Assembly: GCF_000008565.1 (NCBI RefSeq)
Contig: NC_001263.1
Coordinates: 571,213 to 603,212 of the forward strand
From: Deinococcus radiodurans R1 = ATCC 13939 = DSM 20539
GTDB taxonomy: Bacteria; Deinococcota; Deinococci; Deinococcales; Deinococcaceae
Reading direction: 5' to 3'
DNA: 32,000 bases
Each line of letters begins with the position of its first letter. The stretch's first letter is position 1. Below are positions 1 to 9,017 of the stretch, piece after piece. The position numbers and the translations under genes were made by a program. Under the pieces are notes generated by a model. The model was given only the letters and a program-made list of their open reading frames with translations. It did not search any database and was not told where the DNA came from.

Positions 1-699
<699 letters not shown>

Positions 700-726
700 G
701 CCCTTTTTTCCGGCGCGTCTCTCCGG

Positions 727-754
727 CCCCCTGCCTCAGTGGCGGGGGGTTTTT
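727..754 (+). terminator. Rho-independent terminator after the malG-like gene
   Basis: Stem CCCCCTGCC (727-735) / GGCGGGGGG (741-749), loop TCAGT, then TTTTT 750-754. Confidence 0.7.
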
Positions 755-927
755 GATGAGCAATCGCTCACCAGACAAAATCTGACCTTTCTTGTATTCT
801 TTTGCGGTTGCCGTGCCCGCGCTCCTTTTCCGAACGGAAGGAAAATACAGCCCCGGACGGCGTGGCATAGAGTTCGTGCCAGAGCAGTCTGTGTACGTGA
901 GTCACAAGGCCCCCGAGGAGGCCCCCC

Positions 928-1713
928 ATGAAAAAGTCATTGCTGAGTTTGAAGCTTTCGGGTCTGCTGGTTCCGAGTGTGCTGGCCCTCTCGCTGAGCG
1001 CGTGCAGTTCGCCGTCGAGCACCCTGAACCAGGGCACCCTCAAGATCGCCATGGAGGGCACCTACCCGCCCTTTACCTCCAAAAACGAGCAGGGCGAACT
1101 CGTCGGCTTCGACGTGGACATCGCCAAGGCGGTGGCGCAGAAACTCAATCTCAAGCCCGAGTTTGTGCTCACCGAGTGGAGCGGCATTCTGGCGGGGCTC
1201 CAGGCAAACAAGTACGACGTCATCGTCAACCAGGTGGGCATCACGCCCGAGCGGCAAAACTCCATCGGTTTCAGCCAGCCCTACGCTTACAGCCGCCCGG
1301 AAATCATCGTGGCGAAGAACAACACCTTCAACCCGCAGTCGCTCGCCGACCTCAAGGGCAAACGGGTGGGCAGCACGCTCGGCAGCAACTACGAAAAGCA
1401 GCTCATCGACACGGGCGACATCAAGATCGTGACCTACCCCGGCGCCCCTGAGATTCTGGCCGACTTGGTGGCGGGCCGCATCGACGCGGCGTACAACGAC
1501 CGCCTGGTGGTCAACTACATCATCAACGACCAGAAGCTGCCGGTGCGCGGCGCCGGGCAGATCGGCGACGCGGCCCCGGTGGGCATCGCGCTGAAAAAGG
1601 GCAATTCGGCGCTCAAGGACCAGATCGACAAGGCCCTGACCGAGATGCGCAGCGACGGCACCTTCGAGAAGATCAGCCAGAAGTGGTTCGGTCAGGACGT
1701 GGGCCAGCCCTGA
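928..1713 (+). CDS. Amino-acid ABC transporter substrate-binding lipoprotein, FliY/TcyJ (L-cystine-binding)-like
   Basis: SD GAGGAGG 915-921 lies 6 nt before the ATG. Signal peptide with lipobox 'LSLSAC'. 'LKIAMEGTYPPFTSKNEQGELVGFDVDIAKAV...NQVGITPERQ' closely resembles E. coli FliY. Confidence 0.9.
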   Translation: MKKSLLSLKLSGLLVPSVLALSLSACSSPSSTLNQGTLKIAMEGTYPPFTSKNEQGELVGFDVDIAKAVAQKLNLKPEFVLTEWSGILAGLQANKYDVIVNQVGITPERQNSIGFSQPYAYSRPEIIVAKNNTFNPQSLADLKGKRVGSTLGSNYEKQLIDTGDIKIVTYPGAPEILADLVAGRIDAAYNDRLVVNYIINDQKLPVRGAGQIGDAAPVGIALKKGNSALKDQIDKALTEMRSDGTFEKISQKWFGQDVGQP

Positions 1714-1748
1714 GTGAACTGGCTGAGTCCTGAAGAAAAAGAGGCCCG

Positions 1749-2429
1749 ATGAACACCGAGCAACTGCAATCCATTCTCCAGAGTGCCTGGCACGCGCTGC
1801 CCACGCTGCTGGCGGCGACGCCGGTCACGCTGGGCTTTGCGCTTGCCGCCATGGTGCTGGGGCTGCCGCTGGGCTTCGCGGTGGCGCTGGCGCGTCTTTC
1901 GCGGCTAGGGTGGCTGCGGACGCTGAGCGGGCTGTTCGTGTCGTTTATTCGCGGCACGCCGCTGCTGGTGCAGATTTTCGTCATCTACTACGGCCTGCCG
2001 AGCCTGGGGATTCAATTCAGCCCTGTCGTGGGCGGCGTGATCGCGCTGACACTCAACGCGGCGGCGTACCTCAGCGAAACGATTCGGGCGGCCATTCTCA
2101 GCATTCCGCCCGGCCAGCGCGAGGCGGCGACCAGCCTGGGGCTCAGCGGCGCGCAGACCATGCGGCTCATCATCCTGCCGCAGGCGGCGCGGGTGGCCCT
2201 GCCGAGCCTGAGCAACACCCTCATTGGGCTGGTCAAGGACACCTCGCTGGTGTCGGTCATCACGGTGGTCGAGCTCCTGCGCAGCGCCCAGCTCGTCATC
2301 GCCCGCACCTTCGAGCCGTTCGGGCCGTACCTCGCCGCCGCGCTGATCTACTGGCTGGTGTCGAGCCTGCTCGAAGTCGTGCAGCGCGCGCTCGAACGCC
2401 GCTTTTCGCGGGGCGCGGCGCGGAACTGA
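1749..2429 (+). CDS. Polar amino-acid ABC transporter permease (His/Glu/Gln/Arg/cystine family, YecS/TcyL-like)
   Basis: Follows the binding-protein gene by 35 nt. Multi-TM protein with EAA motif 'YLSETIRAAILSIPPGQREAATSLGLS'. Confidence 0.9.
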   Translation: MNTEQLQSILQSAWHALPTLLAATPVTLGFALAAMVLGLPLGFAVALARLSRLGWLRTLSGLFVSFIRGTPLLVQIFVIYYGLPSLGIQFSPVVGGVIALTLNAAAYLSETIRAAILSIPPGQREAATSLGLSGAQTMRLIILPQAARVALPSLSNTLIGLVKDTSLVSVITVVELLRSAQLVIARTFEPFGPYLAAALIYWLVSSLLEVVQRALERRFSRGAARN

Positions 2430-2489
2430 GCGCTGGACTTGAAGATAGTGGGGCGGGGGAGACTCCGCTCCTTTCTTTGTGTACGGCGC

Positions 2490-2495
2490 TAGCCT
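2490..2495 (+). promoter_or_regulatory. Candidate -10 box (TAGCCT) for a leaderless EVE-gene mRNA
   Basis: TAnnnT hexamer 6 nt before ATG 2502, with no SD in between. Confidence 0.35.
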
Positions 2496-2501
2496 CTCCC
2501 C

Positions 2502-2993
2502 ATGCCCGCTTTCTGGCTGCTCAAATCCGAACCCGACGTGTTTTCCTACGCCGACCTCATGCGGGTGGGCCGCGAACCCTGGAACGGCGTGCGGAACTAT
2601 CAGGCCCGCAATTTCCTGCGCCAGATGGAGGAGGGCGACCTCTGCCTCTTTTACCATTCCAATGCCAGACCGCCCGGCCTCGCGGGGGTGGCGCAGGTGG
2701 TGCGGGTCGCGTACCCCGACGACCTGCAATTCGACCCGGCGAGCGAGTATTACGACCCCCGCTCGGACCCCGAGAACCCGCGCTGGAGCATGGTGGACGT
2801 GGCGCCCGTGCTGGCGCTGCCCCGGCTGCTGCCGCTCGACGAGTTGCGCGAACTGCCCGAATGGCACGACTCGCCGCTGACGCGCAAGGGCACCCGCCTG
2901 AGCGTGTTTCCGGTCACGCCCGAGCAGTGGCGAGCGGCGCTCGCGGCGGTGGGGGTAGAACTGCCCCCGCTCGGTAAATTTCCTCCTGCCTAG
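2502..2993 (+). CDS. EVE (PUA-like) domain protein
   Basis: 'MPAFWLLKSEPDVFSYADL...EPWNGVRNYQARNFLRQMEEGDLCLFYHSN' is the typical EVE/DUF55 N-terminal signature. High GC3. Confidence 0.85.
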   Translation: MPAFWLLKSEPDVFSYADLMRVGREPWNGVRNYQARNFLRQMEEGDLCLFYHSNARPPGLAGVAQVVRVAYPDDLQFDPASEYYDPRSDPENPRWSMVDVAPVLALPRLLPLDELRELPEWHDSPLTRKGTRLSVFPVTPEQWRAALAAVGVELPPLGKFPPA

Positions 2994-3046
2994 CCGGCTG
3001 CATTCCCTGTCACGGTTGCGACAGACGGCGCCTGCCATAGTGCGCT

Positions 3047-3163
3047 ATGGAACTGCTGCTGGGAGCCCTCGTGATCGCTGTTTCGCTGCTGCTGGCCCGG
3101 CAAGGCCGCAAAAAACCCCAGCTTCAGCCGGTGCGGGTGCTGGCCCGCTCACCGCGCCGCTGA
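3047..3163 (+). CDS. Possible 38-aa small membrane peptide (MELLLGALVIAVSLLLARQGRKKPQLQPVRVLARSPRR)
   Basis: ATG 3047 to TGA 3161-3163, below the ORF-track size cutoff. One hydrophobic helix plus an R/K-rich tail. About three quarters of codons end in G/C. CATAGT lies 5 nt upstream and a hairpin 3185-3216 lies downstream. Confidence 0.3.
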   Translation: MELLLGALVIAVSLLLARQGRKKPQLQPVRVLARSPRR

Positions 3164-3184
3164 CTGTTAGGAACTTCAAACGAA

Positions 3185-3226
3185 CGACCGCCGAGAGCCC
3201 CATGCCCCGGCGGTTGTTCTCATTTT
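3185..3226. terminator. Hairpin between convergent small ORF and ilvA; candidate bidirectional terminator
   Basis: Stem CGACCGCCG (3185-3193) / CGGCGGTTG (3208-3216, two ends G-U or G-C), followed by TGTTCTCATTTT on + and CGTTCGTTTGAAGTT on -. Confidence 0.45.
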
Positions 3227-3230
3227 GCGG

Positions 3231-4793
<1,563 letters not shown>

Positions 4794-4825
4794 GAAAAAC
4801 CTCGGCAAAGAAAGGAGAACATACG

Positions 4826-4858
4826 GGCAAAAGTCGCAGCCCCCGCCAGCAGCGGGGG
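4826..4858 (-). terminator. Candidate terminator between the phosphoribosyltransferase gene and ilvA
   Basis: On the minus strand: CCCCCGC-TGCTG-GCGGGGG (7 GC pairs, + coordinates 4840-4858), followed by CTGCGACTTTTGCC. The T-run is offset by 7 nt, so confidence is only moderate. Confidence 0.3.
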
Positions 4859-4971
4859 AGGAGGGCTGGCCCAGGAAGCGGCCCGCGTCAGGCGTCGGAG
4901 CGCCGCTGTCTTGTGCCGAGAATAGGCCGGGGGGCAAAAGCCGCCGCAGGAATGTCTATGACGCCCAGCGG

Positions 4972-5502
4972 TTACAGGCGCCGGGGAAGGTCTTGCAGGT
5001 AGTGCAGCGGCAACTCGGTCTCGCCCTGCTTGAAGGCCGCCAGGTAGCCGCTGACCTGCCCGCCCGCGCGATCCACCAGCCTTGAGAGGGCCTGTGCGGT
5101 GCCGCCCGAGGCCACCACGTCCTGCACCACGGCGACCTGCTTGCCCCGCAGCCGCTCGGCGTGCGGGCCGTCGAGCCAAAGCGTCTCGCCCACGCCGAGG
5201 GTCATGCTCGGAACTTGTTGAATGAGCGGGTCTTGCATGTAGGTGCGCCGTTTTTTGCGGGCCACCACGTAGGGCAGCCCGCTGCGGTCACTGAGCTCGT
5301 GCACCAGCGGCAGCGCGTTGGTCACCACCGAGAGCAGCAGTTCGGTGCCGTCCGGAATCAGCGGCAGCATGGCCTGTGCCGCTGCTTTGGTCAGCTCGCT
5401 GTCGCCGATGAATTCCACCAGCGGCACCCGCCCGAGGTTGCCCACCCGGACCGTGGGCAGGGTCCGCGTCACGTCACCGACGGTGATGGTCAAGTTGTCC
5501 AT
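4972..5502 (-). CDS. Type I phosphoribosyltransferase family protein (purine/adenine PRT-like)
   Basis: PRPP-binding motif '[17 protein letters not shown]'. Start placed at ATG 5502 (MDNLTITVG...) because TATGCT sits 7 nt upstream. The alternative ATG 5514 lies inside that hexamer. Confidence 0.8.
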   Translation of the reverse strand: MDNLTITVGDVTRTLPTVRVGNLGRVPLVEFIGDSELTKAAAQAMLPLIPDGTELLLSVVTNALPLVHELSDRSGLPYVVARKKRRTYMQDPLIQQVPSMTLGVGETLWLDGPHAERLRGKQVAVVQDVVASGGTAQALSRLVDRAGGQVSGYLAAFKQGETELPLHYLQDLPRRL

Positions 5503-5509
5503 ACCTGCC

Positions 5510-5515
5510 AGCATA
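5510..5515 (-). promoter_or_regulatory. Candidate -10 box (TATGCT) for a leaderless PRT mRNA
   Basis: Reverse complement of AGCATA at 5510-5515, 7 nt from ATG 5502. Confidence 0.4.
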
Positions 5516-5565
5516 ACGGCGCCGCGCGGCTAAGAAGGCCAGTGTATGCACCCGCCGCGCACGGG

Positions 5566-5594
5566 TTTACACGCTGGCGGGGGCGTGCTACCAT
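5566..5594 (+). promoter_or_regulatory. Candidate sigma-70-type promoter for the tRNA-Cys/tRNA-Val unit
   Basis: TTTACA (5566-5571), 17-nt spacer, TACCAT (5589-5594), about 75 nt upstream of tRNA-Cys. Confidence 0.45.
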
Positions 5595-5669
5595 GCCTCC
5601 CGCTGGAGAGGAAAAGGCCCCCAGCCCCCGCGAGGGACACGCCCGAGCAGGAACGAGTACCACCCTTCC

Positions 5670-5745
<76 letters not shown>

Positions 5746-5769
5746 TCTGTACCCCGCAGTTTTCCTGCA

Positions 5770-5845
<76 letters not shown>

Positions 5846-5851
5846 AACAGG

Positions 5852-5875
5852 CTCCCGCTCAGGCGGGGGTTTTTC
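5852..5875 (+). terminator. Rho-independent terminator after the tRNA pair
   Basis: CTCCCGC (5852-5858) / GCGGGGG (5863-5869), loop TCAG, then TTTTTCTTT. Confidence 0.7.
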
Positions 5876-5893
5876 TTTGCTTGCCGTTTTCAC

Positions 5894-6001
5894 TTAGAGC
5901 ATTTGACAGAAAAAGACACCCTCACCCCTCGCTTCGCGAGGCCCTCTCCCATCAAGGTAGAGGGTCAAAACCAGAACGCATCATTTTGTCAAATGCTCTA
6001 A
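5894..6001. repeat. Deinococcus small noncoding repeat (SNR, MITE-like), full copy with 15-bp terminal inverted repeats
   Basis: TTAGAGCATTTGACA (5894-5908) is the perfect inverse of TGTCAAATGCTCTAA (5987-6001). The core 'CCCTCACCCCTCGCTTCGCGAGGCCCTCTC...GGTAGAGGGTCAAAA' recurs at 14349-14465 and 31876-32000. Confidence 0.85.
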
Positions 6002-6048
6002 CGTGGCTGACAGCAAGGCAAGTGAGGGAAATGTTAGAAGTGCTGCCC

Positions 6049-6054
6049 TATCCT
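6049..6054 (+). promoter_or_regulatory. Candidate -10 box (TATCCT) for a leaderless mRNA of the 6062 gene
   Basis: TATCCT lies 7 nt before ATG 6062. Confidence 0.4.
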
Positions 6055-6061
6055 GGGGGTC

Positions 6062-7090
6062 ATGACGAACCGTCGAAATAAGGCACTGCTGCTGGCCGGA
6101 TTCTGCGCCTCGCTCCTTTCGACCTCGGCGCTGGCCGCTACCCGGGTGCCGGGCACCTACACGTACTACTCGGTCATCAAGGACCCCATCACCGACCTCA
6201 ACAAGAGCATGGTGTCCATTGACGAGGTCAACGACACGGCGGGGCTGACGGCGCTGACGGTGCGCTGCTCTGACCGAGACAATGCGGCTCTTTGGATCAC
6301 GCTCAATTCCAAGAACATGCTGCTCAGCGAGGACGACGCCTACGCCGGGAACTTGCCCGCCCTGACAGTTCGGCTCGGTCAGGACGCCCCAGTGGTGCTG
6401 CGCAGCAGTGAAGTGGTGAGTGTTTCCGACAGCAGCGACAACTTCAAGGGCAAAGCCGTCGGATTTCAGGGCGCGGCGGCCCGCAGCATGGTCAGTGGCC
6501 TGCTCAGCGGCAAAAATGTCGTGGTCCGCGTCAACCGGCCTGCTGGCGGGCAACCGCTGACCTACACTTTCCCGGCGCAGGGGTTCTCGCAAGCGTGGAG
6601 CGCGGTGCGGGCCTGTGCGCCGTTTGGGACGGGGTCCGCCGCCCGTACTCCGGCACCGTTGCCCTCAGGAACGCGGGCTGCCGAGGCTCCGAAATTCACC
6701 CGCTGGTACTTCACCACCTGCCGGGACGCGAGCAGCGGCGCTGTGCGGACTGGCCTGCTGGCGGGCCGCGCCGCGCTGTGTGACTTGGTCATCGAAACGA
6801 TTCCCAACGGAGCGCGCCCGGTCAGTGCGACCTTCCACTACGAACTCGAATACCGCGAGGGCGGGCGCACAGGCAAACTCCCCCTGACCGCCGACGACCA
6901 CTGGCCGCCCGCTGGTGGACCCGTCACCCGCTTTCGCAACGAGGGCAGCAATCTGGTGTTTACCCTGCCGCTCAATGTCCGCGTCCGCTCCGAGCGCGTC
7001 TACACCAGCATCAACGTAACTGCCGAAATTACCTTCAACAACGGCAGCGTCAAGCGCGTCTACGAACCTCTGCCGGTGCGCCCCAACTGA
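6062..7090 (+). CDS. Hypothetical secreted protein (two domains, function unknown)
   Basis: Signal peptide 'MTNRRNKALLLAGFCASLLSTSALAA'. 342 aa with no family recognisable by eye. A strong terminator hairpin follows. Confidence 0.75.
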   Translation: MTNRRNKALLLAGFCASLLSTSALAATRVPGTYTYYSVIKDPITDLNKSMVSIDEVNDTAGLTALTVRCSDRDNAALWITLNSKNMLLSEDDAYAGNLPALTVRLGQDAPVVLRSSEVVSVSDSSDNFKGKAVGFQGAAARSMVSGLLSGKNVVVRVNRPAGGQPLTYTFPAQGFSQAWSAVRACAPFGTGSAARTPAPLPSGTRAAEAPKFTRWYFTTCRDASSGAVRTGLLAGRAALCDLVIETIPNGARPVSATFHYELEYREGGRTGKLPLTADDHWPPAGGPVTRFRNEGSNLVFTLPLNVRVRSERVYTSINVTAEITFNNGSVKRVYEPLPVRPN

Positions 7091-7113
7091 GGGAGCGCCG
7101 CTGACAGTCAAAA

Positions 7114-7160
7114 CGGTGCGGGCTTCCACGTGACTGGGAAGCCTGCACCGTCGCTCTTTT
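7114..7160. terminator. Bidirectional rho-independent terminator
   Basis: 14-bp stem CGGTGCGGGCTTCC (7114-7127) / GGAAGCCTGCACCG (7137-7150) with one G-U. T-rich tails on both strands (TCGCTCTTTTCTGCTTT on +, GTTTTGA on -). Confidence 0.7.
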
Positions 7161-7172
7161 CTGCTTTGCGCC

Positions 7173-7352
7173 TCAGCTGTGCCCCGGGTCACTGTCGTCG
7201 CTGGGGCGGCCATGCGTGCCGCTGCCGTCACGCGGCGTCTGGTCGTCCGACACTGGGGTCTGTGCTGGGGCGTCCGGCTGCCCGGTGTTGCCTGCGGGCT
7301 GCGCCGGGGCGGAGGTGGGGTCCTGGGGGGCCGGCTGGTCGTCGTGGGTCAT
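7173..7352 (-). CDS. Possible 59-aa acidic, Pro/Gln/Asp-rich small protein
   Basis: ATG at 7352 to TGA (+ TCA 7173-7175), translating to MTHDDQPAPQDPTSAPAQPAGNTGQPDAPAQTPVSDDQTPRDGSGTHGRPSDDSDPGHS. 52 of 59 codons end in G/C. TACTGT lies 6 nt upstream, and the ORF ends at the bidirectional terminator. It is just below the ORF-track cutoff. Confidence 0.4.
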   Translation of the reverse strand: MTHDDQPAPQDPTSAPAQPAGNTGQPDAPAQTPVSDDQTPRDGSGTHGRPSDDSDPGHS

Positions 7353-7358
7353 GAGGGC

Positions 7359-7364
7359 ACAGTA
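7359..7364 (-). promoter_or_regulatory. Candidate -10 box (TACTGT) for the small acidic ORF
   Basis: Reverse complement of ACAGTA 7359-7364, 6 nt from ATG 7352. Confidence 0.3.
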
Positions 7365-7419
7365 ACGGCCAGCGCCGCCGGAGCGCTGCGAACAGCGTGA
7401 AGCTCAATTCACCGTTGGC

Positions 7420-7425
7420 TAGACT
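7420..7425 (+). promoter_or_regulatory. Candidate -10 box (TAGACT) for a leaderless rhodanese mRNA
   Basis: TAGACT lies 6 nt before ATG 7432. Confidence 0.4.
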
Positions 7426-7431
7426 CAGAGC

Positions 7432-7713
7432 ATGTCTGAGCTGCCTGCCCACGTCATTGACCTGCGCCCCGTGGGAGAACGGGACGCCGCGCCGCTGACG
7501 GGCGCCCGCGTAACGGCGCTGACGCTCGCGCAGATCGAGGACGGGCAGCATGGCCTGACCCCGGCTGCTGGGCCATTGCTGGTCGTATGCAGCCGGGGCA
7601 CCCAGGCCGACCTCGCCGCCCGCTACCTGCGCAGCGATGGGCTGGACGCGCAGGCCTGGCGCGGTACGGTGGCGGAGTTGCGAGCGCACACCGAGTCAGG
7701 CGCCCAGGAATAA
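7432..7713 (+). CDS. Single-domain rhodanese-like protein
   Basis: 93 aa. The 'LLVVCSRGTQADLAARYLRSDGLDAQAWRG' arrangement matches the rhodanese active-site Cys loop. Confidence 0.75.
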   Translation: MSELPAHVIDLRPVGERDAAPLTGARVTALTLAQIEDGQHGLTPAAGPLLVVCSRGTQADLAARYLRSDGLDAQAWRGTVAELRAHTESGAQE

Positions 7714-7716
7714 TCC

Positions 7717-8910
7717 TCAGCCCGCGCTGACGCGCTGGGCCAGCTCATGCGCGGCGGCCAGCCCCAGCGTGTCGGCAAGCGGTCCCCCGAGTAAGAGGTG
7801 CAGGCCCGGGGCGAGTTCCTCGGCCTGCGGAGGCGCGTCGGGGCGGCCACCGGGCAGCGCCAGCCACGCGCCGGGCACGTCGGCGCTGGAGCGGCCCAGT
7901 TCCAGGCCCTCGCCGGCCAGCGCAGGCACGGCGTCCATCAGCCCCACCAGGTCTTCGAGCAGTTCGCGGCGCAGGCCGGTGGGCACGCCCGTCAGCGAGC
8001 CGCCCGCCGGGTGGTAGCCGTGGGGGTCGCGGTGGTGAATGGCCGGAACGAGTGTGTAGCCGCCATTTTGTGGGCGCAGGGTCAGGCCACTGGCACGCAG
8101 CACCGGCGTCTGCGCCCCACTCAGCAGGTCGAGGCGCGGAAACTGCCGGTAGGCGCGGCCATGCCGGGTGTGCAGGCCCAGTCCCTGCTCGACCAGCGCC
8201 GGACCCGCCGCCCCCGCCGCCACGATGATGACGCCCGCCCGAATCTGTCGCGTCTCGTGAACGACAATCTGGTGGGTGTTCGTCACCGTCAGGCGGTGCA
8301 GCCGCACGCCGCCGGGCACCAGTTCGGCGCGGGTGTTGAGCAGCAGCCCTGCCCCCTGCCCGATGGCCTGCTGCGCGGCGAGCAGCGCCAGGCTGCCGGG
8401 CCGGTAGGTCAGGGCGCGGGGGTCCACCCGGGCGACGGGCAACCGCGCCGGGTCGAGCAGCGCCAGCGCTTCGGGGAAGTCGGCGAGGGCGTCCAGCGTC
8501 GGCGTCAGGCCACTGCCCTCGCCAGCGGGAAGCAGGTGCAGCAGGGGCCGATCCTCCACCTCCAGCGTCTTGCCGCTGCCCAGAGCGCCGAGAAGTTGCT
8601 CGCGGGTCCATTCAGCCTGCGCTTCCTGACCCGCCGGAATGTCCTGCGCGGTCCACACGCCGGGGGCCAGGATGGTCGCGCCTTCCTCGTTGGGCAGGCC
8701 GCCTTCTTCAACGAGCAGCAGCGAGCGCCCGGGGGCGAGCTGGCGCAGGTAAAAGGCGCAGGCCGCGCCCATTCGCCCGGCGCCGATGACCACGATGTCG
8801 AATGCTTCTTCCGTAAAGTGCTGCCCCACATGCGCCCACACCGACCCGGCACGGCGCGGGGGAGTCGGGTCGGGCGGCGGGCCAGCGGGCACAGGCTCGG
8901 GTCCAGTCAT
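7717..8910 (-). CDS. FAD-dependent oxidoreductase (DAO / glycine-oxidase-like family)
   Basis: N-terminal Rossmann motif 'DIVVIGAGRMGAACAFYL...LLLVEEG'. 397 aa. Convergent with the rhodanese gene, with only 3 nt between the stop codons. Confidence 0.8.
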   Translation of the reverse strand: MTGPEPVPAGPPPDPTPPRRAGSVWAHVGQHFTEEAFDIVVIGAGRMGAACAFYLRQLAPGRSLLLVEEGGLPNEEGATILAPGVWTAQDIPAGQEAQAEWTREQLLGALGSGKTLEVEDRPLLHLLPAGEGSGLTPTLDALADFPEALALLDPARLPVARVDPRALTYRPGSLALLAAQQAIGQGAGLLLNTRAELVPGGVRLHRLTVTNTHQIVVHETRQIRAGVIIVAAGAAGPALVEQGLGLHTRHGRAYRQFPRLDLLSGAQTPVLRASGLTLRPQNGGYTLVPAIHHRDPHGYHPAGGSLTGVPTGLRRELLEDLVGLMDAVPALAGEGLELGRSSADVPGAWLALPGGRPDAPPQAEELAPGLHLLLGGPLADTLGLAAAHELAQRVSAG

Positions 8911-9003
8911 ATCCGCATGATGCCGCCGAATGCGCCGGACGAGAACCGGGTGTGTGGCGCCGGCCTCTCACCGCTCTGTCAGGCGGCGTACAGAGTGGCT
9001 CCC

Positions 9004-9009
9004 TATACT
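9004..9009 (+). promoter_or_regulatory. Candidate -10 box (TATACT) ahead of the SpoIID-family gene
   Basis: TATACT lies 8 nt before ATG 9018. Confidence 0.4.
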
Positions 9010-9017
9010 CGCGAACG

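Noticed and set aside
3016-3041. TTGCGA (3016-3021) as a -35 box for the small ORF promoter.
   Set aside because: It is only 14 nt from the CATAGT hexamer, which is outside the usual 16-18-nt spacing. Only the -10-like element is noted.
5881-6081. Listed ORFs 5881-6081 (+) and 14396-14668 (+), which share 'HQGRGSK...SNAL' peptide similarity.
   Set aside because: The similarity is a by-product of translating two copies of the same noncoding SNR repeat. They have no start context, and they overlap the repeat, a terminator or the secA 3' end.
5846-7430. Possible integrated island at the 3' end of tRNA-Val.
   Set aside because: I could find no direct repeat of the tRNA 3' end downstream, and there is no integrase or recombinase gene. 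Only modest GC depression was seen by hand count.
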